Below, one piece after another: positions 1-13,555 of a stretch of 64,000 nt of DNA. The notes under the pieces are model-generated. The model made no database searches. It was given only the letters and a program-made list of their open reading frames with translations, and was not told the DNA's origin. Position 1 is the stretch's first letter. The number at the start of each line of letters is the position of its first letter. Made by a program: the position numbers and the translations under genes. The stretch comes from Octopus vulgaris (lineage: Eukaryota): contig OX597817.1 in assembly GCA_951406725.2 (NCBI GenBank), positions 65,100,001 to 65,164,000 of the forward strand, in the 5' to 3' direction.

Positions 1-149
1 AACATCTTGCCACACAACCACGCCTAACTGGAAGATGTCACATCAGAGAATTATGATAGTAAATTCCTCAATAGAAAGTTGGACGTATTTGCAATCGTCA
101 AAATAAGCACCGTTTAATTTCGGAGTTAACGTAGTAAAATGGATAATCC

Positions 150-961
150 GGGCCTCACTATAGGCTATGAATATGATGGCGCGACTGGAGCATATCTTGG
201 GTCTTATGTTAGAAAACAGAACAAAAGGACGATTTTCAATAGGCGGACAAGGGTGATGGTTCTAGGCACAGGTGGGATGTACAGGATAAAGAAAAGTATG
301 AGAGTGTACTTGCATGCCTCTACTTACGTCGGTAATTTATTCCAAGACCTGCGACTTAACTCGAAAAATGACGTGACACAAAAAATCAATTTGAAAATAT
401 TGATTAGTTTATATTTGTTTTAGGTGTTTTTTTTAAAAATTATGTTTTTATATATGTTCGCTGAGCCGAGTCGGATAAATCGACTGATGTTGAAGTTTAT
501 TCCTGAAAGCACCCTAAAAAACAAAGCAAAACGACGTAACGTTGAAATAGACGTATCTTGAAACGACGAAGTTGAGGTACGTCTGCATATGGATATCACG
601 TTCATGGCGAATTGGAGTTGACAGGGTCCAAGGGAAAGGAAAAGTGGTTGAGAAGGTTAAGGGCATGGTTAATATCCTTGCTATAAGAGGGCAAGATAGT
701 GACGAGAAGCGACATAATCTTATCGCAGTCGCTGGAAAGAAGCACAGTGGAGAAGCTACAAAGGGAGACAAGAAGATGACCGGGATGGTTGAGTTTATGA
801 AGCTTGAGGAAAAAGTGATAGATAGGTAGATAAATAGAGAGATAGAGAGATAGATAGATAGAGAGACAGAAAGAAAGTGAGAGAGAGAAAGAAAGAGAGA
901 GAGAGAGAGTGAGAGAAGGAAAGTGAGAGAAAGAAAGAAAGAAAAAGAGAAAGAGAGAGAA

Positions 962-1041
<80 letters not shown>

Positions 1042-1620
1042 CAGGTACATAGAGAAAGAACACACGTACATGAAGTTCGATGTGTGTTTGCCATAAACTT
1101 TGTGATTGTGGAAGATGAAATGATTAACTTAATATAGGTTAAAAGTTTTTGGTTCTGGAATCCGTGTTTCCTTGGTAGCTTGCACTAGAAGTTGGTATTA
1201 TCGAACTATTGGGGAGTTTCCTCTTCCGTAGAGAACAGGCCCTCAAATAACAGAGGCACCGACCTTCGCCAGTTGGCTTTATTGTGGAGTTGGCGAACGG
1301 TCATATTCAAGCTTTAAAGATATTCTTGGAAGTTAAATAAATCCAGATCACAGCACCACTGTTTTGCAGACAGGTCAATGAGTGTGAACTGTCTATGTGG
1401 AGTTACGTTGTTTAAACTTAGTAAAATCGTCGGTTTCCCGGGACCTGTCCTCAGCGCCGTAAAATGTGTCTTCGCCCACATTTGACAAACGAAACATACA
1501 GTGACTTTGAAAAACTCACCTGACTACTGTTGAGTGGAATGATGCTTAGGTCTTTAGCAGGAATGAAACATCCGATGCATAAAAGACAGGTATAAGATTT
1601 GAAATAATTATAGCATGGAG
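150..1620 (-). mobile_element. Degraded Penelope-like retroelement (N-terminal region plus RT), interrupted by a GA/TA microsatellite
   Basis: Minus-strand peptides match PLE RT motifs in collinear order: RQFTLIDLSAK, IKPTG..GASVI* (IKPADKGGAVVVW), LHKLNHPGHLLVSLCSFSTVLLS..LPSYSKDINHAL (PKIHKP..PGRPIVS..LPSYIKD), FAMNVISI (FTMDVTSLY). Many stops and frameshifts. Confidence 0.8.
815..1040. repeat. Compound (GATA)/(GA)/(TA)n microsatellite
   Basis: Directly visible. Confidence 0.95.
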
Positions 1621-1859
1621 TTCAACGGGGGAGTGTGTGGATTGAGTGGAAAGCTGATGCTTGAGTTCATGGAGTTAGTTAGATACGATGGGTATTAAGA
1701 ACGCTATAGAATGTTATTAGTGATATATATGGTGAGTTAGGAATCAAAACAAGACAGGTGAACAAACGGAAGAGAGGAATGAATGACTACAGAAATGTCA
1801 CGCCGAAGTTTACTGTTGATTTTTATACCTCATTGAATATCAAATTATAGCTTAACGTT

Positions 1860-2022
1860 GTATGTATGTATGTATGTATGTATGTATGTATGTATGTATG
1901 TATGTATGGATGTATGTATGTATGTATGTATGTATGTATGTTTGTATGGATGGATGTATGTATGTATGTATGTATGTATGTATGTATGTATGTATGTATG
2001 TATGTATGTATGTATGTATGTA
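1860..2022. repeat. (TATG)n microsatellite
   Basis: Directly visible. Confidence 0.95.
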
Positions 2023-2287
2023 TATTTCTTCTATTTTTTAATTATTATGTCTTCCACTGAGGAGGGTTTCCAACAAAGATACAAGGGTCCATCTTTGGGG
2101 TATAGTTAACACAGACAAATTCACATTTGGAACTTGAGAAAAGTTTTGCATATTTTTACTATTCCACTCACAGACTGCACTTGTAATGTATGAATAAACC
2201 GGGCAATTATCGAGAGAATATCGGAAGAATGAAATGTAAACTGACCTCATCGAGGTTTTGACTAGAATATAGTGATCGTTCGTTCTA

Positions 2288-2344
<57 letters not shown>

Positions 2345-2396
2345 GTATATATAAGACAAGGTAAAAAATGCTAAAATAATTTTATCATGCAAAACA

Positions 2397-2438
2397 TTTT
2401 AGTACCAGTTTCAGTCATTGCGACTTTTTCAACTTAAA
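2397..2438 (-). ncRNA. Candidate minimal type I hammerhead ribozyme motif (U3-A8 core variant), PLE-terminus type
   Basis: Minus strand reads tttaag-UUGAAAA-agtc-gcaat-gact-GAAA-ctg-GUA-ctaaaa: 4-bp stem II, GAAA, NUH triplet and an imperfect stem I. Confidence 0.5.
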
Positions 2439-2759
2439 GTAAAGTATGAAAAACAATTAAATTATGGAAAAATTAAATGAAATGTTTAAAAAAAAAATAT
2501 TTCTATAGTTTTCAAATACAAGGGACATTTTCCTTTTTTCTACCTGTCTGTATCTCTCTTTTTTACTCTAGATTTCAGCCATATCGGTAGCAAATGATGT
2601 GAACTGAGACAAAATCAGCAAGAACAAGAGATATAAATCACGGCACTGAGATGTGAGATGTCAGGTTCGTGAGTGGCTTTGGGAAGAGTAGCAAATATTA
2701 ACCGTACACAGTAACATCAGCGACCAAAACAGATATAAGCCATGGCATAAGGAAGTGAT

Positions 2760-3340
2760 TTGCATTAACAGATGTGAATTGAATTATCGGGTGTGAACTA
2801 CTTTATCAGATGCGAGTTGCAATAAGGTATGTGAATTGCATTATCAGAAGTAAGTGGTATTATCAAGTGTGAGTTGTATTATCAGTTGTGAGTTGTACTA
2901 TCAAATATTAACTGCTTAATCAGATGTGAGTTGTACTATCAACTATATTATCAGATATAGATGCATTTTCAGTTGTTGCTGCATCATCAGATGTATCAGA
3001 TATGAGCTGCATTATCAGATTTGTGTTGCGTTATCAGGTATAGCGACATTATCAGATGTGAGCTGCATTATCAAATATATTATCAGATATAGCTGCATTT
3101 TTGAATTGCTACATTATCAGGTATATCAAGTACGAGCCGCATTATCAGATGTATGTTGCGTTATCAGGTATAGCTACATTATCAGATGTGAGCTGCATTA
3201 TCAAATATATTATCAGATATAGCTGCATTTTTGAATTGCTACATTATCAGGTATATCAAGTACGAGCCGCATTATCAGATGTGTGTTGCGTTATCAGGTA
3301 TAGCTACATTATTAGATCTGAACTGCATTAACAGATGTGT
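2760..3340. repeat. Minisatellite of ~17-20-bp ATTATCAGAT subunits with a 130-bp higher-order repeat
   Basis: Near-identical blocks start at 3004, 3134 and 3264 (period 130). Confidence 0.9.
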
Positions 3341-5500
3341 GCAGTAGTAGTAATATAAGATGTTAGTTGCAGTACTAAATGTGATTAGCAGTATCACTAA
3401 TCTTAATAAATGTATCCCAGAGCGGTAGATGACAAATACGGCTGGGTATCTGAGCAGCACCAGCGGATGTGAGCTGTTGAAACAGATGTGAGTTGAAGCT
3501 CTAGATGTGATCAACAACATCGCCAATGTCAACAGATGCTGGATAAATTAGCAGATGTGAGTTGCAGCAGAGTAGTTGATGTGTGATGTAGGAACAGAAA
3601 TGAACAACAATACCAAAAGCAGCAGAATTACCAACAGCAGTAGTAAATAAGTATGAGAACATGCAGTTTCAATAGCAGCAAAAAGACGCGGCAGATGCAA
3701 ATTGCGTGAAGCATCTTCAGGAACAATATCAGCTGCATAAGACCATCTGTATCAGCAGACAGTCAGCAGATGTAAGACAAACGTTATCGTCGTCGTCGTC
3801 GTCCTCCTCCTCGTCGTCCTCCTCCTCCCCCTCCTCAGAAGCAGCAGCAGCATAGCAGAAGCAGCAGCAGCAGCAGAAGCAGCAGTAGCAGAGTCATTAG
3901 GAGATAGAGTCAACACTACAGAAACAAGAATTGATGATGAGGCTAGAGTTAGTAACAAATACAGCAGCAGATATGAAGAACTGCACCAGCAGCAAGAGCA
4001 GCAGCAATCATAGCATTTTGGCCGCCAATCAGTGCGTTCCACATATGTATGGTGATGGCTTTGCTCATCTGGTGGGTATATTTAGCTGTGTAAATTGGTA
4101 GAAATCAGCAACAGATGTTGGTGTCTGCAGTAATAGAAGCGAGAGACAGTGGCAGTAACGTTACAACGGCAGCATTAACAGAAACAGTAGATGTGGACAG
4201 CTGGAGCTGCAGAAATAGCAGCTCATTGGATTGAGTAACGGCAGCAACAGCAGCGTTAGATACGTGCAACAGATGCAATAACAGTAGTAGATAGCAGCAG
4301 TAGCAGCAACGGCAGCAGCAACAGCAGCAGCAGAAGGTATGTACGACAGTAACAACAGCAACAGCAGTTAATGCAGCAGCAGCAGCCGTTCAAGAATTTG
4401 GATCTGGGGATCTCCATTTCCAGCGACTTCGAGGGCCACCTCCCAGTGGTGTCGGGCGTCAACGAAGAGCCCTCGACTACATGACGACCAAAGTTTTTTT
4501 TTCCAAGGTCTGGGGTCTCCCACCCTTAAACCCTAGACCATCACCTAATCACCCTTACCCGTCTTGTTGCTTAACAACAACAACAACAAAAACAACAACA
4601 ACAAGAGCAGCAGTAATACATGCAGCAGCATATGTGAGCATCAGCTCCTCTAGCACATGCAGTCGATGTTTGTAACAGCTGGAATAGAAACAACTGTGAT
4701 AGCTGCACCTTTAACAGCTGCAACATTAGGTGTGACTACTTGCAGCAGTATAAACGTTAGCATCAGATTTGACAAAAGTAGTAATAGATGCTGTAATAGT
4801 TGTCAACAACAAATGCAATCATAACAGCAGTAGAGTATGTGAACAACAGCAGCAAAATATGTGAGCAACAGCAGAAGTTGATGTAAAAAACAGCAGCAGA
4901 ATAAGTGAACAACAGCTGTAGATAAAGTGAACAACAGCAGCAAAATATGTGAGCAACAGCAGAAGTTGATGTAAACAACAACCGCAGAATAAGTGAACAA
5001 CAGCTGTAGATAAAGTGAACAACAGCAGCAAAATAGGTGAATAACAGCAGAAAAATATGTGAGCAGCAGCAGAAGTTGATGTAAACAACAGCAGCAGAAT
5101 AAGTGAACAACAGCTGTAGATAAGGTGAACAACAACAGCAAAATATGTGGACAACAGCAGAAAAGTTTGTGTGCAACAGCAACAGTTGATATGACTAACA
5201 GCAACAATTGATGTGAGCAACAGCAGCAGATTATGTGAGCAATAGCTGTAGATAATGTGAACAACGACATCAGAGTATGTGGACAACAGCAGCTTAATAT
5301 ATACTCTTTACTCTTTTACTTGTTTCAGTCATTTGACTGCAGCCATGCTGGAGCACCGCATTTAGTCGAGCAAATCGACCCCAGGACTTATTCTTTGTAA
5401 GCCTAGTACTTATTCTATCGGTCTCTTATGCCGAACCGCTAAGTTACGAGGACGTAAACACACCAGCATCGGTTGTCAAACGATGTTGGGGGGGGGGGAA

Positions 5501-5572
<72 letters not shown>

Positions 5573-6140
5573 CGTATATACGACGGGCTTCTTTTCAGTT
5601 TCCGTCTACCAAATCCACTCAGAAAGCTTTGCTCGGCCCGAGGCTATAGTAGAAGAGACTTGCTCAAGGTGCCACGTAGTGGGACTGAACCCGGAACCAT
5701 GTGGTTGGTAAGCAAACTACTTACCACACAGCCACTCCTATGAGCACTAACAATAGACAATGTAACTGCAGCAGAATAATATCAGCAACAGCAGCAGTTG
5801 ATGTAAGAAGTTGCAGTAAGAGCAACAGCAGCAGTAGATGTGAGCAGTAACTGCAGAGTTACAGCAGTATTAGTGACACGGCAGCGCTTGTTGCAGCAGA
5901 TGTGTACAGCAGCAGTAACAGCAGCCACGAAATCTTCAGCGTTAGATTTGGGTAACAGTTGAAATAACAGTTGCAACAGCAGCAGCAGAAGTAACAGTAA
6001 CACCATCAACAGCAGCAACAGTAAGTAATAAGCAGCAGCACTAGATATTAGCAGAAGCTGCCGTAACAGCTTCAGCAGTATATGTGTAACTGTAGTAAGT
6101 TACAGCAGCAGCAGTAAATGTGACCAACAGCAGTAATAAC
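3340..6140. repeat. Degenerate CAG-rich / AGATGTGAGCAGCAG satellite field, including a 22-bp monomer with an 88-bp higher-order array at ~4820-5290
   Basis: Monomer gtgaacaacagcagcaaaatat; the same phase recurs at 4851, 4939 and 5027. Confidence 0.85.
5301..5741 (-). mobile_element. tRNA-derived SINE, family A (near full length, internal CA/TA tract)
   Basis: Minus-strand head ggagTGGCTGTGTGGTaag (A box) and GGTTCAGTCCC (B box), AGTAAAAG-repeat tail; homologous copies at 12308, 21622 and 49292. Confidence 0.9.
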
Positions 6141-6167
6141 TATCTCTAATAAGCATTTTTCTCACCG

Positions 6168-6374
6168 AATTTAGGTATAAGACACGAATTTGGTGGGAAG
6201 GGGTTAACCGATTAAATAGAGTCCAGTGAATGATTAGCCCTTTATTTTATCGGCCGCGGAAGGATGAAAAGGTAAAGTTGATTTCGGCGGGATTCGAACT
6301 CAGAACGTTACAGAGCCAAAAGTAATATTATCAGGTATTTTTCCGACGCTTCAAAGATTCTGCCAGTTCACCGT
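6168..6374 (-). mobile_element. tRNA-derived SINE, family B (degenerate)
   Basis: ggatgaaaaggtaaagttgat..gaactcagaacg..ctgccagttc core shared with many copies in the window. Confidence 0.8.
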
Positions 6375-6648
6375 TCTGTACAACAACTGTAATTACAACA
6401 ACACTACATAGCAGCAGCAGCAGCAGCTGTTATCTGCAATTACAACAGCAGCATCAGCAGAGTCAGAAGCCATTACAATTCAGGTATTTCCCCGGTATCA
6501 CCAGAACATTGCAGTCTTTGATGGTTTTTATTATGTATTTAGGTTAAATATTGATTTTATTTTCTTGTTCCACTTTCAGCACTTTCAACCCCTACCTTCT
6601 CTCAGTCTGTATCTGTCTGTCTGTCTATCTGCCTGTCTGTCTGTCTTC

Positions 6649-6684
<36 letters not shown>

Positions 6685-6810
6685 TTATCTCTCTTTCCCC
6701 CTCTTTGTCTGCTTGTCTGTCTCTCGCTTCCTTATCTCTCTAATTCTTTTGTTTACCTTAAACTATTTTCTCTCTCATGCAGCTCATGTTTTCCCACCTG
6801 CTCTCTCTCG

Positions 6811-6852
<42 letters not shown>

Positions 6853-7818
6853 ACCACCACCACCACCACCACCACCACCACCATCATCGCTACCCCATCT
6901 ACACCATCACCCACACTATCACCCTTGCCACACTCACTCATTCCTTCTATCATTTCATTTACTCTCCTACTTACACACACACACACACACACACACACAA
7001 TTGTCTGCACATTTTCTCCGCTTACGCATTGTTATACACAGTTCTTAATCACTCTCTTATCTACTCTTTCTTTCAAGTATACTCAATGCTCTCTCATAAT
7101 ATTACTATATTCTCCACTTATCTTCCTAAGCTCACTCTTCCATCTCCCACATCGCTCTCACACCATTCTTCTTTCTTCCTCCCCCCTTTCTCTCTCTTGC
7201 AAATCTTCTGTCACCGACCCAGTAAGGGAACAATTATGCAATGCGATCGGTTAACCTTACAGAAATAGCAACCAAAATTCCATCAGATTTAGCACCACAA
7301 TCTTCAAAACGGACACGGTATAATGTAGAACTAAATACGCCTAAAAATGCGATGAAGTCAAAGCAGGAACACATGTAATCATAGGTGTGGTTGCTGAGGG
7401 TTGACCTAGGACTTAACAACAACGTCAACCTACACCATTTTAGTAGTGATATACGTGCGTTTCTTGTCTGTTAAATAAAAAGTATTCCCGTTTTATCTCT
7501 GAGTTGTTTTTTTTATGAATAACTAAAAACAGTAAAATAAAAAGAAAACTCAATAGCAAAGTTCCAACATTGGAAGATCAGCAGCAGCAGTATACCATAC
7601 TTCATCGATTCTTGGATACTTATGTAGCTTATATATCTATCTGGCTCTCCGGTGCTGCACTGGGATATCCTATTCAGTACCTTCTCCGTTGTTGCTTGCC
7701 AACTTCTGCATTATCAGACATAAACCAACCGTTGCTATCTCACAAATCCATCGCAACAAACCTTCTACCCTCAGTCCAACCACATTTAGAGCGTCAAGCC
7801 ACTTTATTACAGCGAGAC

Positions 7819-7940
7819 CTGCAAAACCCTTGCAAAGTTCTTGCAAAGCCATAGCAATGCCCTGCAAATACCTGCAAAGCTCTGCAAAGCCCTGCAAAGC
7901 TCTGCAAAGCCCTGCACAGCATTGCAAAGCTCTGCAAAAC
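7819..7940. repeat. 10-bp minisatellite (CTGCAAAGCY)n
   Basis: About 12 imperfect copies. Confidence 0.85.
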
Positions 7941-8747
7941 CATACAGCCATCTTCCACTGTCCATAGCTTTTGTCCTTCATCAGTTTTCCTTGCAGTTTT
8001 CCATCAACTCTGCATACCCCACTTCCTTTCTTTCATTTTCTCTATCTTCGTCTCACTCGAAGTAGCTGAGCCCATGACGACTATACAATGTACTGCTCTT
8101 GATGCAAAAACCAGATCAAATCTCAAGCTCGTGTTCACCACTTGTGCTAGCATCGTCTACTTCCCTTTCTAATCCACTATCACTTCCCAGTCATCCACCA
8201 CTGCCAAATTCCTGCAAGCACAAAGAGCGCATACGTTCTTCTCGTCCAAATAAAAAAGTGAGTGGAAATATCTTTAAAGCTGCTACTCGGTTATAAGTAG
8301 AAACGCAGGATGTAACGAAACTTTTCTTGTTTCTCTAATATAGCTTTTACCTTTTATTTTCTATTTGTTTCAGTTATTGAAATGCGACGGGGCACTACCT
8401 GGAAGAGTTTAGTTGAACAAATCGACACCTTTGCTAATTGTTAAGTGTTTCCCGAACCACCAAGTTACGAGGACATAAACGAATCTACACCTGTTGCAGG
8501 GACAGAACGACCGGTTGTCGAAATAGACACTCCGAGGATTTTCACCAGAGCCCCGTCTGCTGGGTTGTGGCCCTAATACCACTCGGTGTCAGACCAATCC
8601 GGCATAGCTCTGACAAAACACATACACACATATACATACATACATACATACATACATACATACATACATACATACATACATACATACGTACGTACGTACG
8701 TACGTACGTACGTACGTATGTACAAATATATATATATATATATATGT

Positions 8748-9115
8748 ATGTCATTATTCAGTTTTATTTCAAGATTTCTTACCAATAGAGAAAGAGCAAG
8801 TTTCTAACCTAGATTCAAGGCTCCTTCAACGGAATTTCAACGATATCAACAGGGTATGTATGTATGTATGTATGTATGTATGTATGTATGTATGTATGTA
8901 TGTATGTATGTATGTATGTATGTATGTATGTATGTATGTATGCATGTATGTATGTATGTATGTATGTATGTATGAATGTATGTGTGCATACGTGCAGATT
9001 TGTATATTTCGTTTATGTATATCTTCTCATGTATGTACTTGAATATCTAGACATGCTCATGTACTCTTAAATGATGAATTCTAGAAAGTTTTACAGACTT
9101 TTACACTTCCAGTGA
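8748..9115 (-). mobile_element. 3' end fragment of the (TACA)n-associated R4-type LINE, with internal (TATG)n
   Basis: Homologous to 53591-53830 (gtcatt.ttca.ttttattt.aaga; tctagacatgctcat; gaaagttttacaga.ttttacacttccagtga). Confidence 0.75.
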
Positions 9116-9139
9116 CACTCACACACGCACACACACACA

Positions 9140-9260
<121 letters not shown>

Positions 9261-9487
9261 AGACCTCAAATCAACAACAAATAACAAAATGATGTAAAAG
9301 AACAAATAAATAAAAGTTCAAAAGATGTTCACATTATTATTAGGTTGACGCTCATAGAAGTAAAATTTATAGCGTAAAAGTGTAAAGTTTCGGATATAGT
9401 TCTTCGTCGCAAACACAAAGAAAAGTCCCGGAAAGACAGGAGAAAAAAAGATAAGAAAAGAAGAGAGAGTCAAAATAAAACAAACGT

Positions 9488-9541
<54 letters not shown>

Positions 9542-10293
9542 TAATAAATAAAATATATGCATATATACAAACATATATGTACGTACCGACATGTATATAT
9601 ACATGCATATATAAATATATGCATGTATATATATAAATATATATAAATATATATAAATATATATAAATATATATAAATATATGCATGTATATATACATGC
9701 ATATATAAATATATATACGTACAAGACACCACAAAAAGACGTAAAACTCAACAGAAACGAAAACAGAAAAGCCATTTTGTTACAACAGAAAGACAGAGAC
9801 GTGGAACAGGACGAGAACGAAAACGGGAAAAACATTATTTACAACAGAAAAACAAGGTACAGGACAAGCTACACAAGGAAAAATCCCCTTCATCAGCTGT
9901 CACTAGAAGACTTAGCGTGTTTCGAAGGCAAGACAGGACACGACTCGTCAATACTAGGCCTTCCTGCGAGAGAATTAAAATAAAATAACCTCGCAGAGGG
10001 GTAAAACAAGCAAGAAAAAAATGTAACACAAACGGGACGTAACAATAGAACTGCACAATAAAATACAAGATAAAAATACAAAATTAAAAATACATGTACA
10101 AGAATCGCCATAATAGATCGCTAACCACTACACATTCTTTATTTTCTCTCCTTGTTTCCTGCTGTGTTCCTTTCTGTGGAAGAGCGTAGGCTCGAAACTT
10201 TAAAGACTTTTTCACTTCCCGAGCGTTAAACTAATACATCTGTTTGTTGTCTATACCACATGTCTTCGTCTTTTTTTTGTGTGAATTCTTCCC

Positions 10294-10345
<52 letters not shown>

Positions 10346-11772
10346 ATGCAGTACCGTGCAAACATCTTCGGCCACTTTAAGCTATTGCAAATTTCTGCTA
10401 GTTGCCAACTTATAAGTGGATGTTTCGCATTGCTTTTTTACAGATGAAACAATGGTCCTGTTGGAGTCATTTCCATACCTAATCATTATATTTTGTAGTA
10501 GGGGTTCTGAATGCGAGACGAACACCAAAAATGACCGGCAAAAGGTTTCGGCTGCTTCATATAAATCAATCAAGATACAATGCTTTAAAACAGAAAAATG
10601 TCGATAATAAAACTTTATTACATAATGGTCATTTCGGTCGTTTTATGATATAGATAATTTCACATGTTGGTGTGTCACTTCATATAGACCACCATATGTT
10701 CCGTCATATATATACTTTGTTACCATTTGGACCATATCACTAATGGGTTTCACTGCGTTTACCTTCTCACAGCATGGACTGTTCTAACATGAAGACGGTT
10801 TCACTACATAGTTCTTTTCATCATTAAAGACTGATTAACATATACAATATAGACCTCAACATACAGGCAGTTTCACCATTGAATTTGCCTCTTAGCATGA
10901 ACTGCCTCATACCATGGACCTGTCCCACAATTTGGCTTGCTTCATATATAGCATCTCTTTCAAATACCCTAAGATTGATAATGATCTCATTGCACAAATG
11001 GTCTCACTACGTGGACAGTTTAATAACATTGATTATTTCCCTTTCCACAGTCATGGGCAGTTTAGCCACATGGATCGATCGTCGTACCAAATGAATAATT
11101 TTATCATTTGGACCGTCTCATCACATGAACCGGCTCACTGTATTCATTTCAAATTTAGGCACTAGGCCAGTAATTTCGAGGAAGGAGTTAAGTCGATTAC
11201 AAAGACACCAGTTAAGTTGATTACATAGACACCAGTGTTCACTTCCAATTATATTTTTATCATTAAATTGTATAAAAATATTAAAATATTTTGTGTATTG
11301 GAGAAGTATAAGTAACTTACTGCATGTAAATTTTAACAACAAAATATTATATGGACCCCCGTTGAGATTCAGACCGTCTAAAAGACACTCACTATGGATC
11401 ACTTCATGATTTAGACTGGTTTACTAGGTTGCTCTACTGAATCAGTCATCTCACCATATGGATTATCTTCTTTCTTAAACCAGATGTATAACCACATAGA
11501 CCATCTCACTAAATGAGATTTCTCATCCTTTAGACCGTTTCTACCCCTGATCTGTGTCATCACTTAGACAATCTTATCAAATGAGACCTTTCATCAGTTT
11601 GTCCCCCACCCACTACAGATAGACTGTTTCGTCAATAGGGTCTACATGAACCTGTTCCTGATTTACATCGCCTCACTATTTGACCGTCTTACCAACTGAG
11701 CCGTCTTATAATTTAGACTGTGACACCAGTTACACAATTGCACCATATAATAATCCCTCTTATCATTTAGAC

Positions 11773-12075
11773 CAGGGGTTCTCAACCATTTAAAAAAATC
11801 TATGGATCCCTTTGATTCCTATTTTACTTAAGCGGACCTCGTAGCTATTGGATGTTTAAAAACATTTTGTATTTATATAATTAAATATCATTAGGAATTG
11901 ATTACAAAAAAAAAAAAATTAAAAAAATTGTGTATTGTGGAAGTATAACCATAAACGTAACTGATCTGAAGCATAATTTTTTCATGGTCCCTGAAAAATT
12001 ACCGTGAACCCCCAATTTACTATATTGCATCGGTAGACCCCTGTGGTCCATATTGACCCTGGCTAAGAAATCCTG
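11773..12075. mobile_element. Non-autonomous hAT transposon (MITE)
   Basis: Termini CAGGGGTTCTCAACC and GGCTAAGAAATCCTG; 8-bp TSD ATTTAGAC/ATTTAAAC; related copies at 36282 and 61930. Confidence 0.85.
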
Positions 12076-12307
12076 ATTTAAACTCTCTCACTAAATGAGC
12101 TTTCCAATCATTTAAGCACTCTCGCCATACAAATTGCCTTATCATATGTGGGCCAACATATTACATTTAATCATTTAATATTAAAAAAAAAAAAATCTCA
12201 CCCACAATCATACGTTTCTTCCGTGGTTATTGAATAGAATCTACGACATCAATGGATCTGTAACGCATCGGTCGACCTGCTGGAAATCTCCTTTAAATCA
12301 AACCTTT

Positions 12308-12711
12308 ATACTCTTTTACTCTTTTACTTGTTTCAGTCATTTGATTGTGGCTATGCTGGAGCACCGCATTTAGTCGAGCCAATCGACCCGGGACTTATTC
12401 TTTGGATGCCTAGTACTTATTCTATCGGTCTCTTTTGCCGAACCGTTAAGTTACGGGGACGTAAACACATCAGCATCGGTTGTCAAGCGATGTTAGGGGG
12501 GACAAACACAGACACACAAACACATACACACACATACATATATACATACATATATACGACGGGCTTCTTTCATTTTCCGTCTACCAAATCCACTCACAAG
12601 GCTTGAGGCTATAGTAGAATACACTTGCCCAAGTTGCCATGCAGTTGGACTGAACCCGGAACCATGTGATTCGTAAGCAAGCTCTTTACCACAGAGCCAC
12701 TGCTACGCCTA
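12308..12711 (-). mobile_element. tRNA-derived SINE, family A
   Basis: Collinear, high-identity match to 5301-5741. Confidence 0.9.
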
Positions 12712-12729
12712 TGGATATACTATAGGATA

Positions 12730-13028
12730 TCTTTATATATAAAAGTCAAGTTGTGTGTCTGTCTCCTACGATTTAGATTCCTAACTACTCCCACATTTTG
12801 CGGTGCAGTGTAACCAAAAGCGGGTATCTTATAGTCGTGATTCATATCGAGCCCTTCTGGGTATTAGCGCGCGTCTACGATGAGTCTACGATTTTTTAAA
12901 TAATTGACCATAATTTTTTTTCCATTTTTAATGCATTTTTTTTGCTATTTTTTTGGCTATAACTCTCTAAAAATGCTTATATAGTTATTTCCCTTACAGA
13001 CCCGAGCAACGCCGGGCGATACTGCTAG
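12730..13028 (+). mobile_element. Non-autonomous Helitron
   Basis: 5' TC, 3' CTAG, inserted between A and T with no TSD; subterminal GC hairpin cccgagcaacgccggg at 13001-13016. Confidence 0.85.
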
Positions 13029-13485
13029 TAATATATATATATATATATATATATAAAAACAGAAATGAATATAACAATGTACATGTCTTTCAGATAGCTA
13101 TTAGGGTGTTATGAATCTTCACTTGTTTTCTCTCGATTTCAACCCACGATCTCAGATCAAGTTATTTAGTAAGCATGTGCAATTCTTATACAGGCGCGCC
13201 CACTCCCAGACACACCCGTTCGCGCACGTGCACACAGACACACGCAGACGCGCACGTGCAGTCACACTGGTTTAATTCATTGGATTGTCATCGTACTGGA
13301 GCTTAGCTTTTAAGGGTTTTAGTAGATCAAATCGCATCTGGTTCTTTTATTTGAGTTCTTTTTATTTGAAGCCCATATTCTATCGTACCCCATTCTGCTG
13401 AACCGTTAATTTACGGTGGCAATAAACATCAGTTGTCAAGCGGGTGTTACTTAAAATCAAATCAGAAACATACACACACACACAC

Positions 13486-13555
<70 letters not shown>

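Noticed and set aside
4820-5290. Regularly spaced short repeats resembling a CRISPR array (also 3004-3330 and 17695-18450)
   Set aside because: No unique spacers, no cas genes, eukaryotic context; these are tandem repeats.
5690-5741. tRNA-like sequences as real tRNA genes (all SINE heads and 25690-25750)
   Set aside because: No complete cloverleaf; each continues into a multicopy SINE body.
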